This document shows positions 11,141 to 20,880 of a stretch of DNA of 64,000 nucleotides, piece after piece. The number at the start of each line of letters is the position of its first letter. Within the stretch, counting starts at the first letter, position 1. Source of the stretch: Gaiellales bacterium (GTDB lineage: Bacteria; Actinomycetota; Thermoleophilia; Gaiellales; JAICJC01); assembly GCA_036273515.1 (NCBI GenBank), contig DASUHM010000057.1, forward strand, positions 1,782 through 65,781, in the 5' to 3' direction. The notes below the pieces were generated by a model, which searched no databases, was not told where the DNA came from, and worked only from the letters and a program-made list of their open reading frames with translations. Both the position numbers and the translations under genes were made by a program.

Positions 11141-12260
11141 ACTCGCATGGCCGTTTTTGCGGCGAATTGCAGCCAATCCCCACGCCGACACCATCAGCTT
11201 CCTCAACTCTCTCACTGGCCTCGGCGGCCGCGACATGGCCGTCGACCTCGGTACTGCGAACACGCTCGTGTACGTGCGTGGCCGCGGCATCGTGCTGTCC
11301 GAGCCGTCCGTCGTGGCGATCGACCAGCACTCCGGCGAGGTGCACGCCGTGGGGATCGAGGCGAAGCGGATGCTCGGCCGCACGCCCGGCAACATCTCCG
11401 CGATCCGCCCGCTGAAGGACGGCGTCATCGCCGACTTCGACGTGACAGAGCAGATGCTGCGCCACTTCATCCAGAAGGTGCACCAGAACCGGTTCGCCCA
11501 CCCGCGCGTCGTGGTGTGCGTCCCGTCCGGCGTCACCGGGGTCGAGAAGCGCGCCGTGATCGAGGCGACCGAGTCCGCCGGCGCCCGCCAGGCGCTCCTG
11601 ATAGAGGAGCCCATGGCCGCGGCGATCGGCGCCGGCCTGCCCGTGTCCGAGGCGACCGGCAACATGATCGTCGACATCGGCGGCGGGACGACCGAGGTGG
11701 CGGTGATCTCGCTCGGCGGGATCGTCGTCAGCCAGTCGATCCGGGTCGGCGGCGACGAGCTCGACGAGGCGATCATCGAGCACGTCAAGCGCGAGTACAA
11801 GCTGATGATCGGGCCGTCGACGGCCGAGGAGGTGAAGCTCGAGATCGGCTCCGCCGCCGAGCTTCCCGAGGAGGTCGAGGCGGAGATCCGCGGCCGCGAC
11901 CTGGTCACGGGCCTGCCGAAGACGATCGTGCTCTCCTCCAAGGAGGTGCGCCACGCCCTCGACGTGCCGCTCACGCAGATCATCGACGCGGTCAAGCAGA
12001 CGCTCGACAAGACGCCGCCCGAGCTGGCGTCCGACATCATGGACCGGGGGATCGTGCTCGCCGGCGGCGGCTCGCTGCTCCAGCGCATGACCGACCGCCT
12101 CCGGGCCGAGACGCAGATGCCCGTGCACCTGGCCGAATCGCCGCTCACATGCGTCGCGGTAGGCTCCGGCCGGTCGCTCGAGGAGTTCGAGGTCATCTAC
12201 CGGGCCAACCAGACCTACGCGGCCAGCCGCCGCAACGGGCGACGCCAGTACCACTACTAG
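11112..12260 (+). CDS. mreB: rod shape-determining protein MreB (start uncertain)
   Basis: The core starts [32 protein letters not shown]. Homology clearly begins upstream of ATG 11235. Candidate starts are ATG 11112 (overlaps maf) or TTG 11157. Confidence 0.93.
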   Translation: MRWQQPRLARLAWPFLRRIAANPHADTISFLNSLTGLGGRDMAVDLGTANTLVYVRGRGIVLSEPSVVAIDQHSGEVHAVGIEAKRMLGRTPGNISAIRPLKDGVIADFDVTEQMLRHFIQKVHQNRFAHPRVVVCVPSGVTGVEKRAVIEATESAGARQALLIEEPMAAAIGAGLPVSEATGNMIVDIGGGTTEVAVISLGGIVVSQSIRVGGDELDEAIIEHVKREYKLMIGPSTAEEVKLEIGSAAELPEEVEAEIRGRDLVTGLPKTIVLSSKEVRHALDVPLTQIIDAVKQTLDKTPPELASDIMDRGIVLAGGGSLLQRMTDRLRAETQMPVHLAESPLTCVAVGSGRSLEEFEVIYRANQTYAASRRNGRRQYHY

Positions 12261-12297
12261 ATTTGATCCATCGACCGTACGGCAGGGCTGCGTCCTG

Positions 12298-13179
12298 GTG
12301 ATCCTCACCGCGCCGATCACCTATGGACAGGCCATCATCCTGGGCCTGCTCCAGGGCGTCGCCGAGCTCTTCCCGATCTCGAGCCTCGGCCAGAGCGTGG
12401 TGGCGCCGCGCGTCTTCGGCTGGGACATCCACCAGAACGACAACTACTTCATCGCCTTCCTGGTCGCGACCCATCTGGCCACGGCGATCGTCCTGCTCGG
12501 GTTCTTCTGGCAGGACTGGGTGCGCATCCTGACCGGCATGTGGCGCTCGCTCCAGGAGCGCGAGATCTCGGCCGCCAACCCGGACGGCAAGCTCGGCTGG
12601 CTGATCGTGGTCGGCACGATCCCGGCCGGCATCCTCGGCCTGCTGCTGCAGGACAAGCTCCAGTCGGTGTTCGCGTCGGCGCGATCTGCGGCGTTCTTCC
12701 TGATCCTGAACGGGATCATGCTGTTCGGCGCCGAAATGCTGCGCCGGCGGGCGCCCGAGCTGCCCGAGACCGAGGAGGACGGCGACCACCGCATCGCACA
12801 CACGGCCGGATGGCGCCACGCCGTCGGCGTCGGCGCGTCGCAGGCGATCGCGCTCATCCCCGGGTTCTCGCGCTCCGGCGCCTCGATGGGCGGCGGCCTT
12901 CTGGTCGGCTTCTCGAACGAGGACGCCGCCCGCTTCGCCTTCCTGCTGGCGACGCCGATCATCGGCGCGGCGGCGATCCTCAAGATCCCGGTGCTGCTCG
13001 GCCCCGACGGCGACGGCGTGCGCGGGCCGGCGCTGGTCGCGTCGCTCTGCTCCGCCGCGACCGCCTACGTCTCGATCCGCTTCCTGATGCGCTACTTCGA
13101 GACGAACCGGCTGACGCCGTTCGCCGTCTTCTGCTTCGTCGAGGGAATCATCCTCTCCGTGTGGTTCGCCGTCAGCTGA
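12298..13179 (+). CDS. uppP: undecaprenyl-diphosphate phosphatase
   Basis: 293-aa polytopic ORF with GLLQGVAELFPISSLG and PGFSRSGASM, the BacA/UppP signatures. Confidence 0.9.
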   Translation: MILTAPITYGQAIILGLLQGVAELFPISSLGQSVVAPRVFGWDIHQNDNYFIAFLVATHLATAIVLLGFFWQDWVRILTGMWRSLQEREISAANPDGKLGWLIVVGTIPAGILGLLLQDKLQSVFASARSAAFFLILNGIMLFGAEMLRRRAPELPETEEDGDHRIAHTAGWRHAVGVGASQAIALIPGFSRSGASMGGGLLVGFSNEDAARFAFLLATPIIGAAAILKIPVLLGPDGDGVRGPALVASLCSAATAYVSIRFLMRYFETNRLTPFAVFCFVEGIILSVWFAVS

Positions 13180-13425
13180 TCAGCTGGAGCTGACCGTCTT
13201 GTGCCTGGGGCCGCTCTGGAACCAGGCGAACGCGAAGCAGGCGAGCCCGACCAGGAACGAGGCGACGCCGTGCTTCACGTGCACGGCCGAAACCCCGTTC
13301 TCGTGCCCGAGGAAGTTCGGCACGGGGAGGGACTTGGGCGGGACGGTCCAGTACATGATCGCGACGGCGATAAAGAAGATGCCGGCAGCGATGCCGAGGA
13401 TGACGAGCGCGCGTTGTCGGTTCAT
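13180..13425 (-). CDS. hypothetical small membrane protein (2 TM)
   Basis: 81 aa starting at MNRQRALVILG within a longer ORF. Two hydrophobic helices. Its stop abuts the uppP stop. Confidence 0.5.
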   Translation of the reverse strand: MNRQRALVILGIAAGIFFIAVAIMYWTVPPKSLPVPNFLGHENGVSAVHVKHGVASFLVGLACFAFAWFQSGPRHKTVSSS

Positions 13426-13542
13426 GGCCCGAGTATCCGTGGCCAGATTGGCGAATCGTTGGCGAGCTCGGGTCCGTTGTGGCCATATGCGGGCGCTTCC
13501 GAACCCGTCAGGTAGAATCGCCCGACCGACCCGCCCTGAAGG

Positions 13543-14406
13543 ATGCTGCTCAGCAAGAATCGTGTCATACGCAGGCGGGCCGTCGTCGGCCTGCTGGTCG
13601 CCGCTTCGCTCACGCTCCTGACGATGTCGTACCGGGAGGGGTCGACCGGCGTCGTCGGCTCCGTGCAAAACGGAGTTACGCAGGTGACCGCGCCGTTCGC
13701 GAGCGTCGCCCACCGCGTCACGAGCCCGTTCGTCGACGCCTGGCACTGGACGACCGGTCTGATCAACGCCCGCGACCAGACCGCGAGGCTGCACCAGCTG
13801 GAGGCCCAGCTAGGGCGCGACACCTCGATGATCAACCAGCTCCAGGCCGACAACGCCACGTACCGCGCCGCGGCCCACTGGGTACAGCAGAACCCCCAGT
13901 TCCACAGCGTCTCCGGCTCGGTGATCATGGAGTCTCCCGACAGCGACACGCCGCTGGTCACGCTCGGGATCGGCACTGATCAGGGCGTTCAGGTGAGCGA
14001 CCCGGTGATCGCGCCCGTCTCGAGCGGCGGGGCGCTGGTCGGGCGGGTCAAGGATGTCACCAGCACGACCGCCACCGTTCAGATCCTGCTCGACCCGTCG
14101 ATCGGCGTGACCGCCGCGGTGCAGGGCCGGCAGGGCGCGAACGGCACGATCGTGCCGAGCACGGGGACGCCGGGCGAGCTGACGATGGCGGAGGTGCCGC
14201 AGTCGGTGCTCGTGAAGGACGGCGACACCGTCGTGACCACCGGCTACGCCGGCCGGCTGAACTCGCTCTACCCCGACGGCATCCCCATCGGCAAGGTGAC
14301 CTATGTCCAGAACGACGACCTGGGCCAGCAGAACAAGCAGATCCAGGTGACGCCGTTCGTGAACTTCGACAACCTGTCCGGGGTCGTCGTGCTGGAGCTC
14401 AAGTAG
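13543..14406 (+). CDS. mreC: rod shape-determining protein MreC
   Basis: 287 aa with an N-terminal TM, a coiled coil and beta-rich domains. Its position between mreB and mreD fits. Confidence 0.85.
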   Translation: MLLSKNRVIRRRAVVGLLVAASLTLLTMSYREGSTGVVGSVQNGVTQVTAPFASVAHRVTSPFVDAWHWTTGLINARDQTARLHQLEAQLGRDTSMINQLQADNATYRAAAHWVQQNPQFHSVSGSVIMESPDSDTPLVTLGIGTDQGVQVSDPVIAPVSSGGALVGRVKDVTSTTATVQILLDPSIGVTAAVQGRQGANGTIVPSTGTPGELTMAEVPQSVLVKDGDTVVTTGYAGRLNSLYPDGIPIGKVTYVQNDDLGQQNKQIQVTPFVNFDNLSGVVVLELK

Positions 14407-14943
14407 GTGCTCGACTACCCGAAGGCGCTCGTCTGCGTGTTCGTGCTGATGGTGCTGCAGGTGTCGGTGACGCCGCAGCTCTACCCGTTCGGCGGCGGGC
14501 CTGACCTGATCGCGATCCTCGTCGTCGCCCTGGCTCTCTGGCGGGGCATCGAGCTGGCGGCGGTGGCCGGGTTCGTCGGCGGCCTCCTGCTCGACGCCGT
14601 GCTCTACCGCCACCTCGGTATGACGTCGCTGGCGTACCTCGCCTGCGCCTGGATGGTCACGAGCCTCGCCGGGCGCGGCGAGGCGGGGGCCGGCATGCTC
14701 GAGCCGGCGCCGCCGCGGCCGCTGCCGTGGGTGATCGCCGGGGCGCTGCTCGTGCAGCTCTGCCTCGTCGCCGTGCAGGTGCTGCTCGGCGTCAGCTACG
14801 ACCTCGGCTTCCTGGTGTGGCACCAGATCGTGCCGTCGCTGCTCCAGACGACGCTCCTCGCCCTGCTCCTGCTGCCGCTCCTGCGGCGGCTCTTCCGACC
14901 GACCCGGATGCGACCGGATGTATCTGCAGCGGCCGCCGTCTAG
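14407..14943 (+). CDS. mreD: rod shape-determining protein MreD
   Basis: 178-aa polytopic membrane ORF immediately after mreC. Confidence 0.75.
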   Translation: MLDYPKALVCVFVLMVLQVSVTPQLYPFGGGPDLIAILVVALALWRGIELAAVAGFVGGLLLDAVLYRHLGMTSLAYLACAWMVTSLAGRGEAGAGMLEPAPPRPLPWVIAGALLVQLCLVAVQVLLGVSYDLGFLVWHQIVPSLLQTTLLALLLLPLLRRLFRPTRMRPDVSAAAAV

Positions 14944-16939
14944 GCCCGAGCCGGCGCCCGACCCGGTGCCGCTGGCGATCCGGGCGGCGACGCTGGGCGT
15001 CATCGCCGCGGCGCTGCTCGGCATCCTGCTGTTCCGGCTATGGGCGCTCCAGGTGTTGCATTCCGACCAGTACGTCGCCGCCGCCGCCCAGAACAGCATC
15101 CGCACGTTCCAGATGCCGGCGCCGCGGGGCCAGATCCTCGATCGCAACGGCAACGTGCTCGTCTCGAACCAGGCCAGCATCGCCGTTCAGGTCGACGCCG
15201 CCCGGCTGCCGCAGGGCACGAACTGCGGGCCGACGATCGCGACGCACCGGGTCCACGACCAGGCCGGCTGCGGCGTGCTGAAGCGGCTCGCCTGGGTGCT
15301 CGACGTGCCCTACAAGCGCATGTGGCACCAGTTCTCGCGCCTTGCGAAGGCCAACCCGGGCTACCCGGTGACGCTGCTCTTTCCCGTCGACCGCCGCCAG
15401 ACCGCCTACGTGCTCGAGCGGCGCTGGCTCTTCCGTGGGGTCCAGTTCGAGCACGTCTACCAGCGCTCCTACCCGTCGCTCAGGGAGTTCGGCCCGACGA
15501 ATCCGAACCTGCTCGGCTTCGTCGGCGCGATCACGCGCCAGAACGTGCTGGATCCGTCCTACCACGAGAAGCTGCCGCTGATCGGCACTGCCGGGCAGGC
15601 GGGCATCGAGAAGACCTACGACCGCTACCTGCGCGGCCAGGACGGCCAGATCCAGGAGACCGTCGACCCATCCGGGGCTCCGGTCGGCCAGGCCTTCCTC
15701 ACCCAGGCACCGGTCGCGGGCGACAACCTGCGCCTGACGATCGACGCCCACCTGCAGAAGGAAGCCCAGTACGCCGTTGGCCAGGGCATCCTGATCGCGC
15801 ACGCGAACGGCGAGCCGGCGGATTACGGGGCCGTCGTCGCAATGAACCCGGACAACGGCGCGATCTACGCCATGGCGTCGAGCCCGACATACAGCCCGAC
15901 GGTGCACGTGCCGCCGTACAAGGGGTCAAAGGCCGCCTTCAAGAGCAAGCTCACGCCGGCCTATGACAAGGCGTTCCAGGGCGTGTATCCAGCCGGCTCG
16001 ACCTTCAAGCCGATCACCGCGACCGCCGCCTACGAGTCAGGCGTCTTGACGCCGGGCGAGAACCTTGACTGCCCTGGGACGTATTACTCGAAGTACGACA
16101 TCGCCAACCAGAGAACCCCTTTCCACGACTGGACGCTGCTCTCGATGGGGACGATGGGCCTCTCGAAGGCGCTCGAGGTCTCCTGCGACACGTTCTTCTA
16201 CCAGCTCGGCGACGCCTTCTACGGCAAAACGGGGAACGGCCAGGAGTTCCAGGGGTGGATCCGCAAGCTCGGCTACGGCTCGGCGCCGCCACTCGACGCC
16301 GGCGGCGCCCAGGCGGGCGTCGTCCCCGACCCGAAGTGGAAGGCCACCCAGACCTGGCCGGGCACCCCTGCCCAGCAGGCCATCGAACAGCAGTGGCTCC
16401 CCGGCGACGACATCAACATGTCGATCGGTCAGGGCAACCTGCTCGTCTCTCCCTTGCAGCAGGCGGTTGCCTACAGCGCCCTCGAGAACGGCGGCAAGGT
16501 CGTGTCTCCACACGTCGGGGAGGCGCTGCTCGAGCCCGGCTCGACGACGCAGACCGTCCCGGGCGGCCGCATCAGCCCCAGGCCGGTGCGAAACCTGCAC
16601 CTGCCGGCGGAGCTCCTGAGCGAGATCAAGCAGGGGCTCTACGGCGCAACCCACGCCGGCGACGGCACCTCGACGGCCATCTTCGGCGGCTTCCACCCGA
16701 CGGTCTATGGCAAGACCGGCACCGCAGAGGTGCCGACGACCACCTGCCCGAACTGCGCGGACGCGTGGTGGGCCGGATGGGCGTCTGAGGGCGGCAAGTC
16801 GCTCGTCGTCGTCGCGTTCATCCACAACGGCGGCCACGGCGGCGTCTCGGCCGCGCCGGTCGCCGCGAGCGTGTTCCAGTCGTTCTTCGCTCCGCGCCAG
16901 CACTACACGTTCACCGCCGGGACGGACGCCTCGCGATGA
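14918..16939 (+). CDS. mrdA: penicillin-binding protein 2 (elongasome transpeptidase)
   Basis: 673 aa. STFKP (SxxK), SIGQG (SxN-like region) and KTGTA motifs. Lies upstream of rodA. Confidence 0.92.
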   Translation: MYLQRPPSRPEPAPDPVPLAIRAATLGVIAAALLGILLFRLWALQVLHSDQYVAAAAQNSIRTFQMPAPRGQILDRNGNVLVSNQASIAVQVDAARLPQGTNCGPTIATHRVHDQAGCGVLKRLAWVLDVPYKRMWHQFSRLAKANPGYPVTLLFPVDRRQTAYVLERRWLFRGVQFEHVYQRSYPSLREFGPTNPNLLGFVGAITRQNVLDPSYHEKLPLIGTAGQAGIEKTYDRYLRGQDGQIQETVDPSGAPVGQAFLTQAPVAGDNLRLTIDAHLQKEAQYAVGQGILIAHANGEPADYGAVVAMNPDNGAIYAMASSPTYSPTVHVPPYKGSKAAFKSKLTPAYDKAFQGVYPAGSTFKPITATAAYESGVLTPGENLDCPGTYYSKYDIANQRTPFHDWTLLSMGTMGLSKALEVSCDTFFYQLGDAFYGKTGNGQEFQGWIRKLGYGSAPPLDAGGAQAGVVPDPKWKATQTWPGTPAQQAIEQQWLPGDDINMSIGQGNLLVSPLQQAVAYSALENGGKVVSPHVGEALLEPGSTTQTVPGGRISPRPVRNLHLPAELLSEIKQGLYGATHAGDGTSTAIFGGFHPTVYGKTGTAEVPTTTCPNCADAWWAGWASEGGKSLVVVAFIHNGGHGGVSAAPVAASVFQSFFAPRQHYTFTAGTDASR

Positions 16940-18087
16940 CCCATTACCTGCGCCACCTCGACTACCTGATGCTCGCGACCGCGCTCTCGATCTCGGCGTT
17001 CGGCCTGTGGATCATGCAGTCGGCGACGAAGAACTACGCCGGCAACCTCTATGGCCACCAGTTGCTCTACGTCGCGGCCGGCACCGTTGGCATGCTGGCG
17101 GTCGCGGCCATCCCGCCGGCGCTGATGCGGCGGGTGCGCTGGCCGCTCTACGCCTTCGTGCTCTTCACCACCGCGGCCGTGCTCGCGGTCGGGACGTCGA
17201 TCGGCGGCGGTCGCCGCTGGATCAACCTGGGCGCCTTCCAGTTCCAGCCGTCCGAGTTCGCGAAGCTGCTCCTGATCGTCGGCCTCGCGGCGGTGCTGGC
17301 CTCCCGCCGCGGCGTCACCAGCCCCGCCCGCCTGACGCTGCTCGCCATCTGCTACGTCGGGCTGCCGGCCCTGCTCGTGTTCAAGGAGCCGGACTTCGGA
17401 ACGATGCTCGTCTTCCTCGCGATCATGCTCGGCATGCTGTTCGTCTACGGCATCCCATGGCAGCACTTCGTGTGGATGCTCCTGGCCGTGTGCGTGATCG
17501 GCGCGCTCATCTTCTCGGTCCTGCCGGGGATGGGCATCACGGTCGTCCAGGAGTACCAGGTGACCCGGCTGACGTCGTTCCTGCACCCCAACCCGAACGA
17601 CGTCCAGTCGGGCGGGTTCCAGCTGCGCCAGTCGGTCATCGCGGTCTCGCACGGCGGCCTCGGCGGCACCAACAACGACGCGTCCGTGCCCGGCCAGGAG
17701 CTCGGCGCCACCCAGACGTCGCTCGGGTTCCTGCCCGAGGCGCCCACCGACTTCGTGTTCGCGGTCGTCGGCGAGGAGCGCGGGTTCGTCGGGGCGGCGT
17801 GGCTGATCTGTCTCTACGCCCTGCTGCTCTGGCGCGGGCTCAAGGTGATCACGAAGTCGCGCTCGACGTTCGGCAGCCTGGTCGCCGCCGGCGTCGTCTC
17901 GATGCTGCTCTTCCAGATCTTCATCAACATCGGCATGACGATCGGTCTCGCGCCCGTGACCGGCATCCCGCTGCCGTTCATGAGCTTCGGCGGCTCGCAC
18001 ACGATCACGAACCTGCTCGCGATCGGGGTGTTGCAGGCGATCCACGTCCACGCCCAGGCGGCCGACGACCCGGTGTTCGCGGTATGA
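16936..18087 (+). CDS. rodA: SEDS family peptidoglycan polymerase RodA
   Basis: 383-aa polytopic protein of the FtsW/RodA/SpoVE family (PSEFAKL, GIPLPFMSFGGS). Overlaps the mrdA stop. Confidence 0.92.
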   Translation: MTHYLRHLDYLMLATALSISAFGLWIMQSATKNYAGNLYGHQLLYVAAGTVGMLAVAAIPPALMRRVRWPLYAFVLFTTAAVLAVGTSIGGGRRWINLGAFQFQPSEFAKLLLIVGLAAVLASRRGVTSPARLTLLAICYVGLPALLVFKEPDFGTMLVFLAIMLGMLFVYGIPWQHFVWMLLAVCVIGALIFSVLPGMGITVVQEYQVTRLTSFLHPNPNDVQSGGFQLRQSVIAVSHGGLGGTNNDASVPGQELGATQTSLGFLPEAPTDFVFAVVGEERGFVGAAWLICLYALLLWRGLKVITKSRSTFGSLVAAGVVSMLLFQIFINIGMTIGLAPVTGIPLPFMSFGGSHTITNLLAIGVLQAIHVHAQAADDPVFAV

Positions 18088-18998
18088 GCAAGAAGGACAA
18101 GGAGCCGAAGTTCGGCGCCGTGGGCTCGGCGCAGATGGCGCAGAAGGCGCTGCGCGAGATCGGCGAGGCGTCCGAGGGCGTCGGCCCGATCATCCTGTGC
18201 GGCCGCTCGAACCCGGTCGAGCAGGTGCGCGCGGCGCTGCTCGAGGCCAAGCTCAGCCGAAGCTCGGCGGTCGAGTCGTACGCGATCCGGCGGCTGCGCC
18301 CGGAGGACCGCGACCAGCTGCGGCGGGCATCGGTGGTCGTCTACGGCGGCGAGGTGGCCCATCGCCTCGACGACGAGACCCGCGCGGACCTCGAGGTGCT
18401 CGGGCGGCTGGGGAAGCCGCTGCTGGTCGTGCTCGAAGGCGTCGACCTGCCGATGGACGCGTCCGTCGAGGCGGCCCGCGTGCGCGGCGTCGAGCCGGAC
18501 CACGTGCTGGCCGTCAAACGCGGCCATTTCCCGGAGCGGCGCGTGCTGCACGAGATCGCGAAGAAGGCCGGGCACGGCGCCCCGGCCCTGGCGGCACGCC
18601 TGCCGGCTCTGCGAAAGCTGGTCGTCGACTCCATCATCGAGACGTCGTCGCGCCGGAACGCGCTCATCGCCGCCGCCATCTGGATCCCCGGCGCCGACCT
18701 GCCTGTACTGGCCGCGGTCGAGATGCGGATGGTGCTCCAGATCGCGGTCTGCTACGGCGTCGAGATCGGTCCCGACCGGGCCGTCGAGCTGCTGGCGCTG
18801 CTCGGCGCCGGGTTCGGCCTGCGCACGGCCGCCCGCGAGCTGCTGGACGTCGTCCCGATCGCAGGCTGGGTGGTGAAGGGTGGCGTCGCCTACTCCGGCA
18901 CCGTGGCCCTGGGCCGCGCCGCCGTCGAGTACTTCGAGCGCGGTGCCCCCGCGAGCGTCGCCCACCTGCGCGCCAAGGCCGAAGAGCTCCGCGGCTGA
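18084..18998 (+). CDS. DUF697-like protein with degenerate GTPase-like N-domain
   Basis: 304 aa from the ATG in ATGA overlap with the rodA stop. The C-terminal half (AAAIWIPGADLPVLAAVEMRMVLQIAVCYG) resembles DUF697. The N-terminal half is Ras-like in layout but lacks a GxxxxGK[ST] P-loop. Confidence 0.6.
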   Translation: MSKKDKEPKFGAVGSAQMAQKALREIGEASEGVGPIILCGRSNPVEQVRAALLEAKLSRSSAVESYAIRRLRPEDRDQLRRASVVVYGGEVAHRLDDETRADLEVLGRLGKPLLVVLEGVDLPMDASVEAARVRGVEPDHVLAVKRGHFPERRVLHEIAKKAGHGAPALAARLPALRKLVVDSIIETSSRRNALIAAAIWIPGADLPVLAAVEMRMVLQIAVCYGVEIGPDRAVELLALLGAGFGLRTAARELLDVVPIAGWVVKGGVAYSGTVALGRAAVEYFERGAPASVAHLRAKAEELRG

Positions 18999-19003
18999 AT
19001 GTT

Positions 19004-19020
19004 AAGGGGACAGTCCCCTT
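19004..19020. repeat. 17-bp palindrome AAGGGGACAGTCCCCTT (variant of the REP-like core)
   Basis: Perfect palindrome in the 63-nt gap between the DUF697 gene and the radical SAM gene. Confidence 0.7.
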
Positions 19021-19061
19021 GACACGGTCGACTACCAGACTCTCGACTACCATCCGGAACG

Positions 19062-20828
19062 ATGGGCAACGCGCTGCTCGAGGACAGGATCGAAGCCGTG
19101 CTGGAGACGGTGCAGAAGCCGTCCCGGTACATCGGCGGCGAGCCGAACCAGGTGCGCAAGCTGCAGGCGACCTCGCTCGTCGCCCTCTGCTACCCCGACG
19201 CGTACGAGATCGGGATCTCGAACCAGGCCCTCCAGATCCTGTACCAGCAGGTGAACGTCCGCGAGGGGATGGCGGCCGAGCGCGTCTACTGCCCGTGGCC
19301 CGACATGGCCGACGCGATGCGCCGCCAGCGCCTGCCGCTCTTCACGCTCGAGTCGTGGCGGCCGGTGCGCGAGGCCGACCTGCTCGGCATCACGCTGCAG
19401 GCGGAGCTGACCTACTCGAACGTGCTCGAGGTGCTCGACCTGGCGGGCATCCCGCTGCGCGCCGCCGACCGCGGCGACGGCGACCCGATCGTCGTCGCCG
19501 GCGGGCCGAGCGCGTCGAACCCCGCGCCGCTCGCGCCGTTCTTCGATGCCGTCTTCATGGGCGAATCGGAGCGCGCCTTCGACGCCGTCCTCGACGTGAT
19601 CTCCTCGGTGTCCGTCCGGGCCGAGCGGCTCGCCCGCCTGGCCGAGAACCCGTACCTGTACGTGCCGTCCCGCGGCCGCCACGCGGTCGAGCGGGCGGTG
19701 TACGCCGACTTCGCCATCGACACGCACCCGACGCAGGTCGTCGTCCCGTACTCGTCGGCGATCTTCTCGCGCGCCTCGGTCGAGGTGATGCGTGGCTGCA
19801 CCCGCGGCTGCCGCTTCTGCCACGCCGGCACCTGGTACCGGCCCGTGCGCGAGCGCCCGCCCGACGAGGTCGTCGAGGCCGGGCTGGCCCAGCTCGCCTG
19901 CACCGGCTACGACGAGCTCTCGCTGACATCGCTCGCGTCGAGCGACTACACCGGCATCGTGCCGGCGATCGAGAAGATCAAGACGCGCCTGCCGACGCTG
20001 CACCTGTCGCTGCCGTCGAATCGGGTGGACACCGGCCCCGTGGCCCTGACGGCGGCTGCGAACGCGCGCCAGAGCTCGATCACGCTCGCGCCCGAGGCGG
20101 CCACCCAGCGGATGCGTGACATCATCTGCAAGACGATCACCGACGAGATGATCGAGCAGGCCATCGAGGCGGCCTTCGCGGCCGGCTACACGAGCCTGAA
20201 GATGTACTTCATGATCGGCCTGCCGCGCGAGACGCACGACGAGGTGCAGGGGATCGTCGACCTGGGGATCAAGGCGCGCGCCATCGGGCGCCGGGTGCGG
20301 CCGGGCGGCGGCCGCTTCTCGGTGCATGTGAGCGCCTCGAACTTCGTCCCCAAGCCGCACACGCCCTTCCAGTGGGAGGGCATGTCGAGCCGGGCGCAGC
20401 TCGAGGCCAAGCAGGCGTACATGCGCCGGGCGATGCCGACGCGCCAGATCCGGCTCTCGCTGCACGACCTGCGCACCTCGATGCTCGAGGGCGCGCTCGC
20501 GCGCGGCGGCGAGCAGGTCGCAGACGTCATCGAGGCGGCGTGGCGCGGCGGAGCCCGCTTCGACGCCTGGAGCGAGATGTACCGGGAGGATGCCTGGGAG
20601 GCGGCGTTCGCGGCCGCCGGAACGAGCATCGACGAGCAGGCCACCCGGGAGTTCGGAGAGTGGGACGAGCTGCCGTGGGATCACGTGCGCTCGGGCATCT
20701 CCAAGGAGTTCCTGCTGGACGAGTGGGGGCAGAGCCGCGCCGAGGTGGCGACGGGCGACTGCCGCTGGGACGGATGCACCGACTGCGGTGCGTGCTTCGG
20801 GCCCGTCCGCAACAGATTGGTGAATTGA
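19062..20828 (+). CDS. B12-binding-domain radical SAM protein (TIGR03960-like)
   Basis: 588 aa with the CTRGCRFC (CxxxCxxC) cluster motif. Followed by a DUF2344-type gene and rne, a known conserved arrangement. Confidence 0.85.
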   Translation: MGNALLEDRIEAVLETVQKPSRYIGGEPNQVRKLQATSLVALCYPDAYEIGISNQALQILYQQVNVREGMAAERVYCPWPDMADAMRRQRLPLFTLESWRPVREADLLGITLQAELTYSNVLEVLDLAGIPLRAADRGDGDPIVVAGGPSASNPAPLAPFFDAVFMGESERAFDAVLDVISSVSVRAERLARLAENPYLYVPSRGRHAVERAVYADFAIDTHPTQVVVPYSSAIFSRASVEVMRGCTRGCRFCHAGTWYRPVRERPPDEVVEAGLAQLACTGYDELSLTSLASSDYTGIVPAIEKIKTRLPTLHLSLPSNRVDTGPVALTAAANARQSSITLAPEAATQRMRDIICKTITDEMIEQAIEAAFAAGYTSLKMYFMIGLPRETHDEVQGIVDLGIKARAIGRRVRPGGGRFSVHVSASNFVPKPHTPFQWEGMSSRAQLEAKQAYMRRAMPTRQIRLSLHDLRTSMLEGALARGGEQVADVIEAAWRGGARFDAWSEMYREDAWEAAFAAAGTSIDEQATREFGEWDELPWDHVRSGISKEFLLDEWGQSRAEVATGDCRWDGCTDCGACFGPVRNRLVN

Positions 20829-20857
20829 CCGGCCGGGGTCTGACCCCGAACGGCCGG
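20829..20857. repeat. REP-like element copy (CCGGCC-GGGGTCTGACCCC-GAACGGCCGG)
   Basis: Core at 20835..20847, in the 52-nt gap between the two radical-SAM-associated genes. Confidence 0.75.
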
Positions 20858-20880
20858 CGGGTGAAAGCTGAGAAAGATCG

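Noticed and set aside
11147-12301. 384-aa alternative-frame ORF over mreB
   Set aside because: Its composition is Arg/Pro/Gly-rich. The overlapping frame encodes a textbook MreB.
16707-18083. Upstream part of the 763-aa plus-strand ORF 16707..18998
   Set aside because: This portion is an alternative frame over mrdA and rodA with Arg/Pro-rich composition. Only the segment from ATG 18084 (the DUF697-like protein) looks real.
19028-19052. Direct repeat TCGACTACCA x2 and a TTGACA hexamer as a promoter for the radical SAM gene
   Set aside because: There is no acceptable -10 hexamer at 16-19 nt from TTGACA (TACCAT is 23 nt away). The repeat is real, but its function cannot be argued from sequence alone.
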